Shown: positions 24,401 to 37,192, counted from the first letter of the stretch. The stretch: 64,000 nucleotides of DNA from an uncultured Candidatus Peribacteria bacterium (GCA_964553745.1 CAZKLD010000007.1:9463-73462), one strand, 5' to 3'. A program made the numbers and translations. The notes: generated by a model not told the origin, from the sequence alone.

Positions 24401-27400
24401 TTATTTCTGATGAAAGCTCACTAGCTGACACTACTACAAATGAATACTTACGCAGAATTATTTCTTTGATGCCAAGGATTATTCAGATTATCAATTCTGA
24501 ACAAGCTATGAATGATTCGATTGCTTGTATTGGGGGTATTGCAACTACAATGATAATATGACAAACGAATGAGAATGAGATATCAAGCCAGGAGCAGATG
24601 AAACTTGGAATTATAAATTCCCGGCCGAAGTGCAAGACGCAAACAAGAATCCGAACTGAGAAAAGATCTATAGCTTCAATGTAACTATAGAAGATCCTGA
24701 CACAAAAAAACAGATTACAAATAGCTACGAGACAATTCTCCATAACACTGATGCATATGTCTGAGTTAGAGTGCCGTATTATTCCAAGCAACAAGACTGA
24801 ATCAAATTCTCATGAATAGTGTTGAATCATTCCGCACAGGCTCTAGGCTCTAAAAAAGTTACAGTAGAGCTCATAAAGAGAGAATGGAAACAGGTCAAGA
24901 AACAATGAGTCGACTGAGTTTTCTACAACGATTATTCGATAGAAGAGACTAAAGAATGAACTGTAAGCTTGACTTCTGGCAGCAATTGAGAAATAAGCGA
25001 AACATTGAAGCCGAAATCAAATTGAGAATATGAAGTCAGGGCAACATATACATGAAGCAACTGAAAACCATTTGTAAGCTCAAGTTATGCCTATGTCGCA
25101 GGAAATGAAGTGACTTATTGGAATGAATGAAACAATACGACAACCGATCTGACTGCAGACAAATCAATCTTGAAAATATGAGATACGGCAAATTTTACTC
25201 TGAAATCTCCTATCTCAAGCGGAAAAGTATTTGTAACAGTCGAAAAAGACGATTGAATTCTTGATTACTTTGTTCAGGACATCACATCCAGCGCACCTAG
25301 GATCAGTGTTCCTGTTAAGGATTCATATTATCCGAATTTCTATGTGAAAGCATTCCTGATATGAAAAAACTGAGCCGATCCATTGCCGGTATACAAAAGA
25401 GCTCTAAGCGTAATAAAGATCGTCACAGACTACAAGAATATCAAAGTCAAGATAACTCCTGAAAAGAATCATTATCTACCATGAGATAAGGTGAAGCTGA
25501 ATATCAAGACTCAAGATGAGGCCGGGAATATCGTGCCGAATGCGAATTGAAGCATCAGCCTAGTAGACGAAAGCCTGCTAGCGCTAAAATGAAATCCGAA
25601 AAAAAATCCATTTGCATTTTTCTATGACATGAAGAGGTATCTCTGAATAGAAACTTACGTATCGCTTTTCAATCTGGTTGAGAAATTGGATGTGAAAGAT
25701 ATAAAGGACTGAGAGAAATGATGAGCATGAGAATGACAGAAATGATGAAATGCGAAAAAGAAAAGATGAGTCTTTAAGGATACCGCTTTCTGGCAAGCCG
25801 ATTTCACCACAGACAAGAATTGAATAGCGAATCTGACGACAGATGCTTTGCCGGACAATCTTACGACTTGGGTCATAGAAAGTGTTGCCTCGACTTCTGA
25901 CGATTCGAAAATTTGAATCTGAGAAGCCACAATCGTTACATCTAAGAAAGTGATGATAAATGAGAATACACCAAGATTCCTATGATCGAATGATACTATA
26001 ACATTCTCCCCTGTTGTATTCAATAAAACTTGAAAGAACTCTACCTTTAAGATTTCAGTTACTGCAGAGAATCTCAAAATATCTAATCCTAATCAGGAAA
26101 TCAAGATTAACAATTGAGAAGAGAAGACTGTTGAGTTGACCGCAAAAGTAGCAGATCTCGGGACTGTGTCGGATTCTTCTCTGGCAAGGATAACGATAAA
26201 AGCAGTGTCTGCAGATACTCAAGATGAGGACACGGTAGAACAGTTCCTGCCAATAATCCCGACTTCCGTCCTTGAGACTGTTGCTACTGTTTGAAAGACT
26301 GATGCAGTAAGCTTCCTTGAAAAGATAGATTTGTCCGGTATTGCGCTTTCTTCAGCAAAACTCATTATCAGATATGCTCCTTCCCTATTGTCGAACATAA
26401 CTAGCTGAATGGAATTCTTAAGCCAATTCCCATATTGATGCATAGAGCAGAAGCAATCAGCAATATTGCCGAATGTTTATATGAAGAAGCTTTACTCTAG
26501 CATCTGACTTCCATTCGACTTGACTAAGAAAATGGTCAAGACATTCGTTGATGCTGATACATGAAATAAGGAAGTGAGCGAAGATGAGCTTATAAAGAAT
26601 TACATTGCCGAATCTCCGAATTTCCAAAAGCTTTCTTGAGGATTCTCATACTGGAGCGATGATGCCTTCAGATATCCGGACTTCCACCTTACGAGCACAA
26701 TCCTAAAATGATTCGCAGAAATCAAATCCATCTGATACACCCTTAATGAAAATTCAGTAAAGAATGCTATCGGATACATAAAAACCAGGTTCTATGCGAA
26801 TCAGATAGAATGATGCTTCCCTACTGAACTCAATGATAAATGCAGATATCCAGAAACACAGAGGCTTGAGGCAATCGATTCGATATTGAGCATCGACCCT
26901 AATAATTATGAGGCATATCAGATGTGGAAGCTTCTCGACTTCAAGTCAGAAACCCTGAGCACTCAAATAGAAAAAATTGCCGTTATCTCAAAACTACTCA
27001 AAAACAAGAATATCTGAGATAATGAAAAGAAAGAGCTTGAAAGCATCTGAATCAAGTGATGAAATGCGATTTTAACCGATTATCTGGTATATAATCCGAG
27101 ATGAGCATTCCTATGAAAGGATGAAGAATATTCCAGGATCAAGAACACTTCGGAGTTCATATGAGCAATAAGCGATTTCTGACTTGAGAAATTCAAGGAT
27201 GCAAGTCAGATAACAGACAATATGAACAAGTGGATCATAAGCCAGAAAAAGGAGTGAAAATTCTGATCAACGGATGACACCAATGCTGTAATCAGGAATG
27301 CTGCAAAATACATTGTTGCAGGCAAAGAGCTGAATTGAGTCAATGAGAATATAATGCTTAACTTGAATGGAGAAAAGATAGCCTCAACCCAAATAGACGA

Positions 27401-28067
27401 GAAGAATAAGCTTGAAGTTTTTGAAAAAGTGATTAAATGAGATAAGCTCAAAGAACAGAATAATTTCTCGATAAATAAGACTTGAAATTGAAATGTTTAT
27501 TATGATTTGGCCTTAAGCTACTACCTTCCAAGCGCATCGGTAAAACCGAGAGATGAATGATTCTATCTCGAGCAATCATATTTCGATTATAACTGATATA
27601 GGAAAATCGAAGCATTGAAAAAAGAAGAATATGCAAAATACCTGAGCTGAACAATTGATTACAAGGATCTCAAGTATCCTAAAAATGTAATAGAATATTT
27701 AAGTCCAGTAAGCGACATCAAAGTATGACAATTGCTTATCGCCTACAACAAGATCGCAACTCCGGAAGCACGCGATCAGGTAGCGTTCGAATGATATATC
27801 CCATCAGGCTCAGAACTCATAAACACAAATCTCGATACAGAGAACAAGAGCTTGAAATTCGAAAACTTCTTCACTAGATCAGAATTCAGGGATGATAGAT
27901 TCTTCTGATTCGCAAACAGCATGCAGCCGGGAATTTACGAATTCAATTATATCATAAGGGTCACCCATAAATGAGCTTTCAATCTCCAGCCATCAAAAAT
28001 CAGTGAATTCTATAATACTGAAGTATTCTGAAGGAATTGATGAAGAGTCATAAATGTGAGAAATTAA
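21468..28067 (+). CDS. Alpha-2-macroglobulin family protein (2199 aa) with thioester motif
   Basis: ATG 21468 to TAA 28065-28067, 2200 codons, frame spot-checked at several lines. N-terminal TM VFLPLILIIIAIVYF; MG-domain-like segments (GKFELPKDMKLGKY); thioester FPYGCIEQ with CIEQ at 26439-26450. Confidence 0.85.
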
Positions 28068-28202
28068 TTCTATCCGACAATATCAACAAGATAATGGACG
28101 CCTAGCTGATCAATATCTGAACTTGCTCAGACATTCGACTATTTTCATTTGATTTATTCGCTCATTTCATATAATGAAGTGACTTTAAAACAATAAAAAA
28201 AT

Positions 28203-28553
28203 ATGTCAGATAAAACAGATAAGACTTGATTTATACTAAGGGACACTCTAGCGCCATTCATATTGGAATATGCAAACGAAAAAGCCGATGAATTCTGAAT
28301 TGTCAGCGTTGTAGATGTAAAGGTTTCAAAAGACTATTGATATGCTGATTTCTACGTATCGAGCACAATGAATACGGAGGATCTTCCAAAATATTTAGCA
28401 AAATACGCATGAGAACTTCGCTCTATGATTTGAAGAGAATTGTGAGCGCGCAAATCGCCCACTATCAGATTCAAGGTTGCAAAAAATGTAAATGATACAT
28501 GAGACCTCCTTTCTCTGATAAATGAAATCTCTACGAAATATGGACTTAATTAG
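28203..28553 (+). CDS. rbfA: Ribosome-binding factor A
   Basis: MSDKTDKTGFILRDTLAPFILEYANEK..IVSVVDVKVSKDYGYADFYVS..LRSMIGRELGARKSPTIRFKVAKN..LLSLINEI; TAG 28551-28553. Confidence 0.8.
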
Positions 28554-29547
28554 GAAAATCAGAGTCACGACATACAAGATAAAAAAGTATTTCAAGAACA
28601 AGAAATACAAAAAACAGGTAAAAGCCGAGAAGGCAAAAAAATACCTTTTTAAGACTGCCCCGCAGAAAACAAAGCTTGAGCTATTCGATATCTACAAGAG
28701 CAAGAAAAAATTCTCAAATTACATCACATCAGCCTGACTGAATTTAAACTCTTATAAATATGCTTATTTCTGAGTATGAATTTTTCTCATCTCAATGAGT
28801 CTTTATATAGTCATGATTTCGCCATATTTCAGGATTTCGCCATCTAAACTGATAATAGAAAGATTGGATACGATAACTGACGTAAATATCGCATACAAGG
28901 CAATAGAGAAGATATACTGAGAATCCATATTCCTAATTGACAAGGAAGATATCAGGAATTCACTCATGACATACCAGAAAAATATCAAGAAAGTCAACGT
29001 CACAAGGCTTTATCCGAATTGACTCAAGATAATCATCGAATCATATAAACCACAATTCTTCACTCAGTTTGCATGAATTGATAAAAAATATATAGTGACT
29101 TCAAATTGAGTGCTTATTTATGAGAAAAATGTTGATAAGATGCTCTATAATCTTGAAATAGTGGATATGAATCTTATTGAAGCCTGATTCTTTGATTACA
29201 AGGAGTGAGTAAATGAGAATGCCATGAAAAAAATAATATATGCTCGCGACTTGTTCAAGGATGTCTTCACAAACAAGAATATTGCGAAACTGGTCTATTT
29301 CAAACTAGAGAATGAGATTCACATCTTCCTGGAGTCCGGGACCAAAATCATAATAGAACTTTGAAATAACATAGATAAGCAAGTTGCGATGCTTAAATAT
29401 TACAACGACAATAATAAGGATGTCATATGAAGCGGAGACGTAACATATATAGATGTGAGAATCCTCTGAAAGATTTATGTATGCAAAGAGAGGGTGCCAT
29501 GCTTTGTAAACCTATGAAAAATTTATCCTAGTTTCTATAAAAAATAA
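28522..29547 (+). CDS. ftsQ: Cell division protein FtsQ/DivIB-like (TM + POTRA)
   Basis: ATG 28522 (alternative ATG 28540) overlapping the rbfA end; TAA 29545-29547. TM FGVGIFLISMSLYIVMI, then POTRA-like ISPSKLIIERLDTITDVNIAYKAIEKIYGESIFLIDKEDIRNSL..VNVTRLYPNGLKIIIESYKP. Confidence 0.65.
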
Positions 29548-29990
29548 TGTATTTCTATCTGACAGCAATATTCTCGATTCTAACGGATACCATTTCAAAA
29601 TATTCCGCGAATCATTATCTAGTCAGGGAAATATCAATAATCTGAGATAATCTCACACTTAAGCTCGCCCATAACAGCTGAATAGCATTCTCGATTCCTG
29701 TATATGGAATAGTCCTCAAATCTATTACCATATTGCTGATTACGGGTATTTTTGCATATTACATCAGAAATGAACAGCCGAAAAAATCAAGATATCTTGA
29801 CTCTGCTTTCTGATTTATCATCTGAGGCGCCATAGGTAACGCAATAGAGCGGATCTTATATTCAGAAGTCACTGATTTCATTAAAATAAAATATTTTGCA
29901 ATTTTCAATTTTGGTGATATATTTATAAACGTATGAGTAATCATACTTTTAACCCTATATATAAACAAAACATGGACGACCAAAAAGTAA
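29547..29990 (+). CDS. lspA: Lipoprotein signal peptidase (signal peptidase II)
   Basis: TAATG overlap with ftsQ-like. Motifs LAHNSGIAFS, IIGGAIGNAIERI, VTDFI, FAIFNFGDIF; four TM segments; TAA 29988-29990. Confidence 0.8.
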
Positions 29991-30721
29991 CGGCAAGCGA
30001 AGAATTGCTAGGTCCGCCGAAAATCGATTTTGTGCAAGTTTGACTTATCTCAGTCTGAAGCATTATCTCCTGATTCGTCGGTTCGATAGTTGTCGTGGTT
30101 TCCATATATTTTTTCCTGCAGAATGCAAAGAACTTCCTATGAGTTTATCCTTATATCTATGCGATAACTGCTTTTTTTGCAACACTTTTCACTTCTGGGC
30201 TCAATATCTTCATGAATAAAACCATAAGTCCTGAGAAATATAAAAGATGATCCATCACTTTCGTCCAAGTCTTCCTGTTCTCGATATTCCTGTTCATATT
30301 CTTCCTTCCGACTTACATTTTCGCCACAAGCATGAAGCAAGAAGCTCTTGTGTATATATTCAGCCTTCATGTCATAATGAGCATCTTGTCGACTTCCATA
30401 TTCTCAGAAATTCTCTCAAGCTACAGGTATGTGCTATTATGAATCTACTGAAGCTTCATCTGATGACTGATATCAATCCTGCTCTCAACTGTAGTTTTTC
30501 TGACATTCCAAGAATCGAGCAAGAATCTCTACATTCTGATCGGGCTTCTGATACTCATAAATCTGGCCACTAATTCAGTCAGGGCATTATTTGAATTCGT
30601 CTATTACTTGTACTATTCAAAAACTTGAATGGATCAACTGTGAGATATCTATTATCAGATCGAGCAAGAAGAGAGAGAATTGGTTGAGAAAGCCAAAAAG
30701 AAACTTGAAAAATTCGATTAA
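29972..30721 (+). CDS. Integral membrane protein, unknown function
   Basis: ATG 29972 (19-nt overlap with lspA) to TAA 30719-30721. About six hydrophobic helices (SIVVVVSIYFFL, ITFVQVFLFSIFLFIFFLPTYIF, LYILIGLLILINLA); charged C-terminal tail EQEERELVEKAKKKLEKFD. Confidence 0.7.
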
Positions 30722-30731
30722 CAATAAAGTC

Positions 30732-30965
30732 ATGGATGCGGAAATAAAAATCTGAGCTTACAGGCACTTCAAATGAAAAGAATATGAAGTCATCTGAATC
30801 TCTAGGCACTCGGAAACATTAGAGGAATTCGTTGTATACAGGCATTCTTTCTGAGATAATTCTCTTTGGATAAGGCCGCTTACAATGTTTACGGAGACTG
30901 TTGAAAAAGATGGGAAGATAATTCCAAGATTTAAATATATTTGAGAAACAGACAATAAATCATAA
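30732..30965 (+). CDS. DUF1653 domain protein
   Basis: MDAEIKIGAYRHFKGKEYEVIGISRHSETLEEFVVYRHSFGDNSLWIRPLTMFTETV matches the DUF1653 signature (YRHYKG..Y.V...HSET.E..VVY...WVRP..MF); TAA 30963-30965. Confidence 0.75.
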
Positions 30966-30975
30966 CAAACTATTT

Positions 30976-31518
30976 ATGCACGCAATAGCAAGAAAAGTCA
31001 TAGAAATGTACCTGAATGAACAAAAGATTCCTACAATGGAGGAATTATGAGTTTCATCTCATCCTGAAGCGCAGACAAAGAAATTATCCTTCGTTACCCT
31101 ATATAAAGATGGTAAGATAATAGCATCGAGCTGAAGGATCAATGCAAAAAAATGAAACACAATAGCAGAGCTAATTGAGAATGCACTTTTCTGCCTGAAA
31201 GATCCCAGATTTGTGGAAGCTGTCAAAAATCCTCTGGAAATCAGGAATGTTAAATTCAGGGTTGATATAATTTCCGATTCGCAAAGGAAAATCTTAAATT
31301 CGATAGACGAATTCGACATAACAAAAAACTGAGCGATAATCCTGAGCCAAACTCTCTGAAAGGCATGAGTCATATTGCCGAATATAGCAAATCTCGTATC
31401 GACTCCAAGAGACTTATTTGAGCTTGTTTGCAGAAAAGCTGATATCGATCCGGCGACCGTAAAAGAAGAAGATTATTATCTTTATTCAATAGAGTCTGAT
31501 CAGTATAGTGATTTTTAG
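30976..31518 (+). CDS. AMMECR1 domain protein
   Basis: MHAIARKVIEMYLNEQKIPT..LSFVTLYKDGKIIASSGRI..AELIENALFCLKDPRFVEAV..VKFRVDIISD; TAG 31516-31518. Confidence 0.6.
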
Positions 31519-31559
31519 ATAAACCTACCAAAAAAGCTTATTCTTAAAATTCTGACATT

Positions 31560-32453
31560 ATGACAATATTAAACTTCAGATCGCTTTATGAAAAAATCTT
31601 CAGCTCATTCGATGTGGCTGCAGATACAAAGCTTGTTGAAGGATTTGAAAAAGAATGAGTTGAAAAGCTCATAATAATCAAGCGCTCATGGGTTTTTGCA
31701 ATATTCAATTCATGGATATTCCTGCTCGTAATGATAATAATGGTATCAAACAGCATACTCATCAGCTATAATTTTGAAAATAAGGTAACAGCCACAATAC
31801 TTATCTGACTGCTTGTTTTCAATATTCTTTTTTGGATAATTTCAGTAATCATCTACTTTAGGAAATTCAAAAATATTTATTGAGATAGACCTAGAATCAC
31901 TGATACCAAGAGTCTTAAAGAAGAATTGATAAACTGAGACATCGTGTTTACAAAATTTTTCAACCGCACAATTTTCAATTATTTCATTCTGATATGAATC
32001 ACGGTATTCATTGTGTATGATCTGATATTTTGAAATCAAGGATTTGAGAATGTATGAATGTACTGATTGATAAATATCGCCCTTCTCTTCTTGCAGGTAT
32101 TCTTATCTGCGGTATTCAAGAATAGGATGGTGAACCTAGAAATGGATTTCAGCCTAGTTATGCCGTGAAAGATAATATTCTATAATCAGAGCTGACTGCT
32201 CAGAAATGTCCAGACAATCAATTCAGAGAAAATCAAGACAATAACGAGCAGCTTTGGAAACTTCATAGGTTCGATATTCAACTTTTGAGAGATTGTGGTC
32301 ATGACAGAATGAGATGAAGCAAATATGTGAGAAATGCATCTGTACTACATTTCTCACCCGACAGAAACTGTACATGAGATAAATACCATACTTTGAGCTC
32401 CGGAAAAAGAACCTATAGCTGCTGTCGGAGTTTTTAAGCCAGGAAATCAGTAA
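31560..32453 (+). CDS. Membrane protein, possible bacterial PH (YdbT/bPH_2-like) domain
   Basis: ATG 31560 to TAA 32451-32453. TM helices WVFAIFNSWIFLLVMIIMV, ATILIGLLVFNILFWIISVIIYF. C-terminal ..KIIFYNQSGLLRNVQTINSEKIKTITSSFGNFIGSIFNFGEIVVMTEG. Domain call is weak. Confidence 0.6.
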
Positions 32454-32477
32454 TATTACCTGATAACCAAACAAACT

Positions 32478-33617
32478 ATGATAGGCTACCAAATTTGACT
32501 GATATTCAGATGAATATCGATTTACAGATGGAACAACTTTCCCAGAATCGAAAATATCTCCACAAATGATAATCTGGCTTTCGTACTTCACACGATAATC
32601 CTTTTGAGTTCTATACTTGAAGAGAAAGAATGAAAAAAAGTCGATTTATGATATATATTCAAAAAAATACTTTTCGAGTCTTTTGACACTTATATCCTCT
32701 CTGATATAAATTCCGATGTCCAATACCGCGTTAAAGAAAAGAATTCCGCTATTTTCAAGCTTTTGCAAGAAAAAGTCTACGGCTTCATATATAATCTCAA
32801 TCTGCCGGATAGCATTCTCGAGGATATCAAATTCATACATGACAACAAGAATAACCCGAAATTCGAGCTAGAAGACAGGCTGTATCATTTCTCTAAGCTT
32901 TGGGTTGCATATTACGAAGCGCATTTCAACGGTAAAATCTACGATGAGATCTATGAACCTATAATGAACAACATTTCCACGAGGATCAAATCAAAGGAAT
33001 ACGCCATTTTCTTGAAATATATTGATATTGACAAGAAAGATTCTGAACTGGAGAAATACCTTCTGAACGTAAGAAGGCTGCAATTCAACTACAGGTGGAA
33101 TAGAATGAAGAGAATGTATCCCATATCTGTAATGTCGCACCTGTACGTGTCATTTTTCTTGGCATACCTCATCTGAAAACTCGAATGAAAGACTGAGAAG
33201 GAAACAATCGTCCTCATGAAGAAGGCCTTATTCCATGACATTCCAGAAGCCATAACAGGCGACATAGTATCCCCTACCAAAAAAGCCGTTAAATGATTCG
33301 AGCAGCTTCTTGCAGATGTCGAAAAAGACATGCTAGAGGAATACTTGCTTGTATATATAAATAAATACAAATTCTACAACGAATTCAAAGACTATATGCT
33401 AGACCCTTTTGCCTGAGATGAAGGAAAACTCGTGAAACTGGCTGACATCTTCTCTGCGCTATTTGAAGCTAGAATGGAGAAAAGCGACGAATATATCAAG
33501 ACCTTCAACAACATAAAAAGATATCTTCATACACTTCCCTTCCCTTCGATAAATTATCTTTTGAAATTCTGAGTAGATTATTTCGACGACAACATAGAAG
33601 ATATGATTCACTTATAG
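32478..33617 (+). CDS. HD-domain phosphohydrolase, YfbR/5'-deoxynucleotidase-like (duplicated module)
   Basis: In frame with track ORF 32763. Two RWN motifs (IYRWNNFPRIENIS.. and NYRWNRMKRMYPISVMSHLYVSFFLAYLI); ALFHDIPEAITGDIVSPTKK; TAG 33615-33617. Confidence 0.7.
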
Positions 33618-33650
33618 CAAAAACCCTCCAGAAAATCTGGAGGGTTTTTC
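33618..33650. terminator. Bidirectional terminator
   Basis: aaaaCCCTCCAGAaaaTCTGGAGGGttttt between convergent genes ending at 33617 (+) and 33662 (-). Confidence 0.85.
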
Positions 33651-33661
33651 GAGTGTCTTTG

Positions 33662-34456
33662 CTAAACTCTGATTTCGATATCGGACTTGAGCTCAGACAA
33701 ATTTGCCTGCGTCATTCTCCATATCTCAAGTTTCGACAACTGAAGCTTTTTTTGAGTCTCATAAACATGATTCAAGAAAGGGATGATAGAATTGAGCTCA
33801 TGTATCCTGATTATCGGATCAGCTATTTTGAAGTCAGAGTAATCTAAAAGATTGAAATTATAACTCGTATTTCACCCTCAATCGAAAAAGTTGTTCTTTC
33901 ATGAAAGCAGAGTATGTTTTCCGAACATGTCCTTTGAATAATATTTAACACCTTTATGGCCAGGTCCGTCTTCCTCTTCAAAAAATGGCCCTACATTCAT
34001 TCAATTTATTTGTCTTGTCTGCAATCTTTCTTTATTCTCTAAAATGAATTTTTTAGTGAAATTGATGAAATTGGCTAATACTATAATATCTTTTTCACCG
34101 TGCGCCAAAAGTGGTTTTTTGGTAATTCACTCTGGAGAAACCAACTGAAAGCTGAAGGTGTTCGTAAGCGGGTTAGTCTTATCGTTTGTTATGGCATGCG
34201 CATTATCAGTTTTTCACTTTGGCAGATATAAGAATTCAGTCTTGAATCAATGGCTTTCAAATGAGAATAGTCAATCCTTGATATGCTCGACGACCATCGG
34301 CCCTCTGCTCAATTTCTGCTTTCATTTGTTTTTCTCAACTTCGCTCTGTACAGACTTGGTAGCATCCTTCAGAAAAATTAACGTATTTCAGATTTCAGAA
34401 TCCTTTATCTTATCACGACTTTCTCATGATGGGTTTTCTTGTTTTTTAACTGTCAT
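33662..34456 (-). CDS. Hypothetical protein (264 aa), no recognisable family
   Basis: ATG (cat 34454-34456) to TAG (cta 33662-33664). I scanned every minus-frame triplet and found no tta/cta. MTVKKQENPSGESRDKIKDSE..GPFFEEEDGPGHKGVKYYSKDMFGKH..; flanked by terminators on both sides. Confidence 0.6.
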
Positions 34457-34542
34457 ATTATGTTATTAATATAGTTAATTACATTAAATCATATAAATGA
34501 TAAATATGCAAAAAAACCACAAAATATAAAACTGAATCTCAG

Positions 34543-34576
34543 AAAAAACTCCTCCCGGTTCCGGGAGGAGTTTTTT
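34543..34576. terminator. Terminator downstream of pheT (bidirectional shape)
   Basis: aaaaaaCTCCTCCCGGttCCGGGAGGAGtttttt. Confidence 0.85.
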
Positions 34577-34587
34577 CTGGATACCAG

Positions 34588-37029
34588 TTATTTCCTTAAT
34601 TCGATTCAGATTTTTGAGAGTTCGTTTATTATCGAATTCTGCGCATTCATAGAATCCTCATCGGTGATTGTTTTTTCATAATCCTGGAGATATGCAGCAA
34701 ATGTTACAGATTTCATATCATGTCACAACTTCTCTTCGTTTCTGTAGATATCAGCGATCTTAACGCTTCTTACTAGCGGATTGACTCTCTTTATCAGCGA
34801 CACGATATCGCCTACTGGAGTTTTTTCTCTCATTACAAAATTGAATTCTCTAGTCGTTCAAGGATATTTTGAAATTTCTCTGAACCTGAAATCAGATTTC
34901 TCTGAAAGATTAAGCAATGTAGCGAAATCAAGTTCAAAATAGCACAGCTTAGAATCATCCAGATCAAAGTTTGTTGCAACTTGGGGATTTACGAATCAGA
35001 AATGTCAGATTACTTTTCAGTCAGCTGTGACGAATTCTCAAGATTTATTAGGGTGCAGATAGGGGTAATCTTCCAACTTAACACCTTGCCGGATGGAAAA
35101 ATCTAGACCAGACATAACCGAATCGATGAGTCAGATCACATCAGATTTAAAAGATTCAAAAGAAACAGAATATGAGATTCATGCTATTTTTGATTCTTCT
35201 TTGAATTCTCAATCTTGTTTGCATTCGACTTTGGATATCTCAAAGAAAGAAAAGCTGTCTTCTATTTTTTTATTATCAGTAACATTGCTGAGCAGATTAC
35301 CGATCATTTTTCTTCTCATCAGTGTGAATTCATTGCTGTAGGCATTTACTACCTTTATCGCATTTTCAATTGATATCAAGCCGATTTTTGAGTCTGATGA
35401 TTCATTGGAGAATGAATAATTATATGCTTCGAACCATCATTTTCCTGCAAAATAGTTTTGGATTCCCTGACGAAATGCAACAGAGCGATTTTCGCTATAA
35501 ACTACCTGCTCTCCGACTAACGGTATTTCCGGGACTCTTTCATATCAATAAATCCTTCAAATCTCTTCCGCTAAATCCTCTTTGATGGAAATATCCTTTG
35601 TTACTCTCCAACTAGGAACCCTTACAGAATAGTCAGAATTTTGTTTTGAAAAATCAAATCAGAGCGCAACAAGGATTCTTTCTATATCTGCTTCAGGAAT
35701 AACAATCCCTATTTTTTTTGCAATGAATTTCGGGTCGAGAATAAGATTAGCGTCTTTTAAGGAATCTTTGTTCAAGTATTCGAAGTCACTGATCAGCTCT
35801 CAGGATTTTCATAAGAATCTTAAGAATTCCAAGGCTCGTTCAAGAGCTCTATAAGTCAAGAGCGGATCAAGCGATTTCTCGTATCTTGCAGAAGAATCAG
35901 TCCTGACTCATAATCTCTGTGAACTCAAACGTATGGATGATGCATCAAAACATGCAGATTCAATCAGGACGTTCTTTGTTGTCTCTGAAATAGCAGAATC
36001 CTGCCCTCACATTATTCATCAGATTGCAAGTATCTTCACATCATCAGCGATAACAGTATCTCTTTCGTCCAATTCATAAGTTTCTCAATTCAGTGCCAGA
36101 ACTCGCTCTCATTTCTTGGCGGCCCTTACTGTTACATCGCCAACTATCTTGTCAGCATCGAATGCGTGCATCGGCTGGCCGAGTTCAGTCATGACATAAT
36201 TGGTCATATCGACTAAGTCGAATTTCGGATTTATTCAAGATTTATACAATGCATACTTTATCGGAAAGGGAGATTCTGCAGCATGCACATCATTCATCTT
36301 GATCAGATGATAAGAAAGAACCTTTTCTGTAAGAATATTCACATTGAGCGTACGGTTCTTGAAAGTGTAAGAATTTTTGTATGGTGTGAATGGCAAATCG
36401 AAAATAGCAGAGAATTCCCTAGCATTTCATTCGACACTGAATAGATCTGGCCTATTTGTTATGAATTTATTATCGATTTCAAAAACGACATCCCTTAATG
36501 CAGACTCGTAAGGCTGAGAATCGAATCCTAGGATTTGGATCTTGATATCAAAGAATGGTTTTCAGATATTGGCCTCGAGCAGTTCAACATCAAAATATTC
36601 TTCCAATCGCATGATTCAAGGTGCCCTTGCTTCTTGGAAATCTAGCTCATCTTCGCTGCAAATCATTCAATTGCTCTCTTGTCATCTCAGTCTAGCAGCC
36701 TTTATTTCAAAATCTCATTTAAGCACAGCGCCTACTGTTGCCACAGGAACATATTTAGCTCATACGACGTTGTTGGCTCAGCAAACAATCTGAACGTCTC
36801 AAATAGTTCAGAGACTGACTTGAACGACATTCAAATGATCGGAGTCAGGGTGCGGCTTTGCATCGATAACTTTTCATACGATGACCTTATTCTCTTGTCA
36901 ATATTTCTCGATTGCATCGATTTCAGCAGTATGTATGGAGTATAGATGAGCGAGCTTGGATGTTCATTCGGATTTCAGAAGGCCATTTATATCAGTAAAA
37001 AGTGAAATCCAATTTAGAGGTGTTTTCAT
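34588..37029 (-). CDS. pheT: Phenylalanine--tRNA ligase beta subunit
   Basis: [107 protein letters not shown]..; 813 aa; TAA = tta 34588-34590. Confidence 0.9.
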
Positions 37030-37137
37030 AATTATTCGGTAAATTATCAGTTATAGGTCAGAGAGTGGCACACAAAGAGCCAAAACGTGGTTTATTATAT
37101 GAAAAAAACAAGAAAAACAAAAAAAAGAAGAAATATT

Positions 37138-37165
37138 TTGAAACTTAGGACTTATGTATTATAAT
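37138..37165 (+). promoter_or_regulatory. Candidate sigma70-like promoter for the VirB2-like operon
   Basis: TTGAAA (37138-37143) - 16 nt - TATAAT (37160-37165), 28 nt upstream of ATG 37193. Confidence 0.4.
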
Positions 37166-37192
37166 GCAAACATAGAATCTAATAATCATTAA

